DNA from: Burkholderiales bacterium
GTDB taxonomy: Bacteria > Pseudomonadota > Gammaproteobacteria > Burkholderiales > SG8-41
Assembly (NCBI GenBank): GCA_035650035.1
Contig: DASRIK010000577.1
Coordinates: forward strand, 1-33,400
Reading direction: 5' to 3'
Length of the DNA: 33,400 nt
In this document: positions 33,206 to 33,400 of the stretch, piece by piece
How positions within the stretch are numbered: position 1 is the first letter of the stretch
Layout: every line of letters starts with the position of its first letter
Notes under the pieces: generated by a model
What the model saw: the letters and a program-made list of their open reading frames with translations, nothing else
What the model was told of the DNA's origin: nothing
Databases searched by the model: none
Program-made: the position numbers and the translations under genes

Positions 33206-33400
33206 ATGAAAATCAAATCGCTGGGACATGTTGTCGTACGGGTGACGGACCGCGATCGAGCCGAACGTTTCTATGGCGGCGTGCTCGGGTTGCCGGTCTG
33301 CGCACGGCTCGATCAGGACGGCTTCAGGATGGCGTTCTTCAGCCTCGGTAATCATCACGACTTCGCGGTGATGGAAGTGAGCGGGGAGGGCAGCAGCCGC
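33206..33400 (+). CDS. VOC/glyoxalase-extradiol dioxygenase family protein, 5' part (runs off window)
   Basis: ATG 33206 has SD GAGG 8 nt upstream. 'MKIKSLGHVVVRVTDRDRAERFYGGVLGLPV...FFSLGNHHDFAVME' is a typical VOC first module. It is absent from the ORF track because there is no stop within the window. Confidence 0.75.
   Translation, partial: MKIKSLGHVVVRVTDRDRAERFYGGVLGLPVCARLDQDGFRMAFFSLGNHHDFAVMEVSGEGSSR

Noticed and set aside
1-33400. Search by eye for tRNA/rRNA genes, CRISPR repeat-spacer arrays, IS elements, integrases and phage structural genes
   Set aside because: None were seen. No ORF has transposase, integrase or recombinase motifs. The only regularly spaced direct repeats are the coding TPR units. 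The accessory modules therefore lack an obvious mobility signature within this window.

Overview
High-GC (roughly mid-60s %) bacterial chromosomal segment with 33 protein-coding genes, two of them cut by the window edges. I found no rRNA, tRNA, CRISPR array, transposase or integrase. The backbone is catabolic and transport genes typical of Burkholderiales-like or similar soil lineages. It has one complete tripartite tricarboxylate transporter (tctCBA) behind a family-III CoA-transferase. Three further orphan Bug/TctC-type periplasmic binding proteins each sit beside an enzyme gene (CocE/NonD hydrolase; LLM flavin oxidoreductase plus Usp; enoyl-CoA hydratase). There are also an MFS transporter, amidohydrolase, Fe-ADH, ModA-like binding protein, M14 carboxypeptidase and a VOC protein. 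Several accessory-looking modules sit between these. (1) A 504-aa TIR domain is fused directly to nine perfectly phased TPRs with no NTPase, and its stop codon overlaps the start of a Bug gene followed by a CocE/NonD hydrolase. (2) A tightly coupled three-gene operon encodes a 568-aa coiled-coil lipoprotein, a 202-aa lipoprotein and a 139-aa helical cytoplasmic protein, none with a family I recognise. It lies tail-to-tail with (3) a canonical RES-toxin / Xre(DUF2384)-antitoxin pair carrying a palindromic operator. (4) A DUF4157-like HExxH metallopeptidase domain is preceded by about 8 amphipathic Ala/Val-rich repeats. (5) A lower-GC islet holds a leaderless PG-binding + M15 (LAS) peptidoglycan hydrolase and a small membrane-anchored partner. 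(6) A secreted LVIVD-like beta-propeller is followed by an intrinsic terminator and then a Cys-less cupredoxin-like protein coupled to a 484-aa polytopic membrane protein. A 24-nt near-perfect direct repeat marks the 5' ends of two consecutive genes in the CoA-transferase/tct operon. All functional calls rest on motif recognition by eye, and none has been checked by database search.
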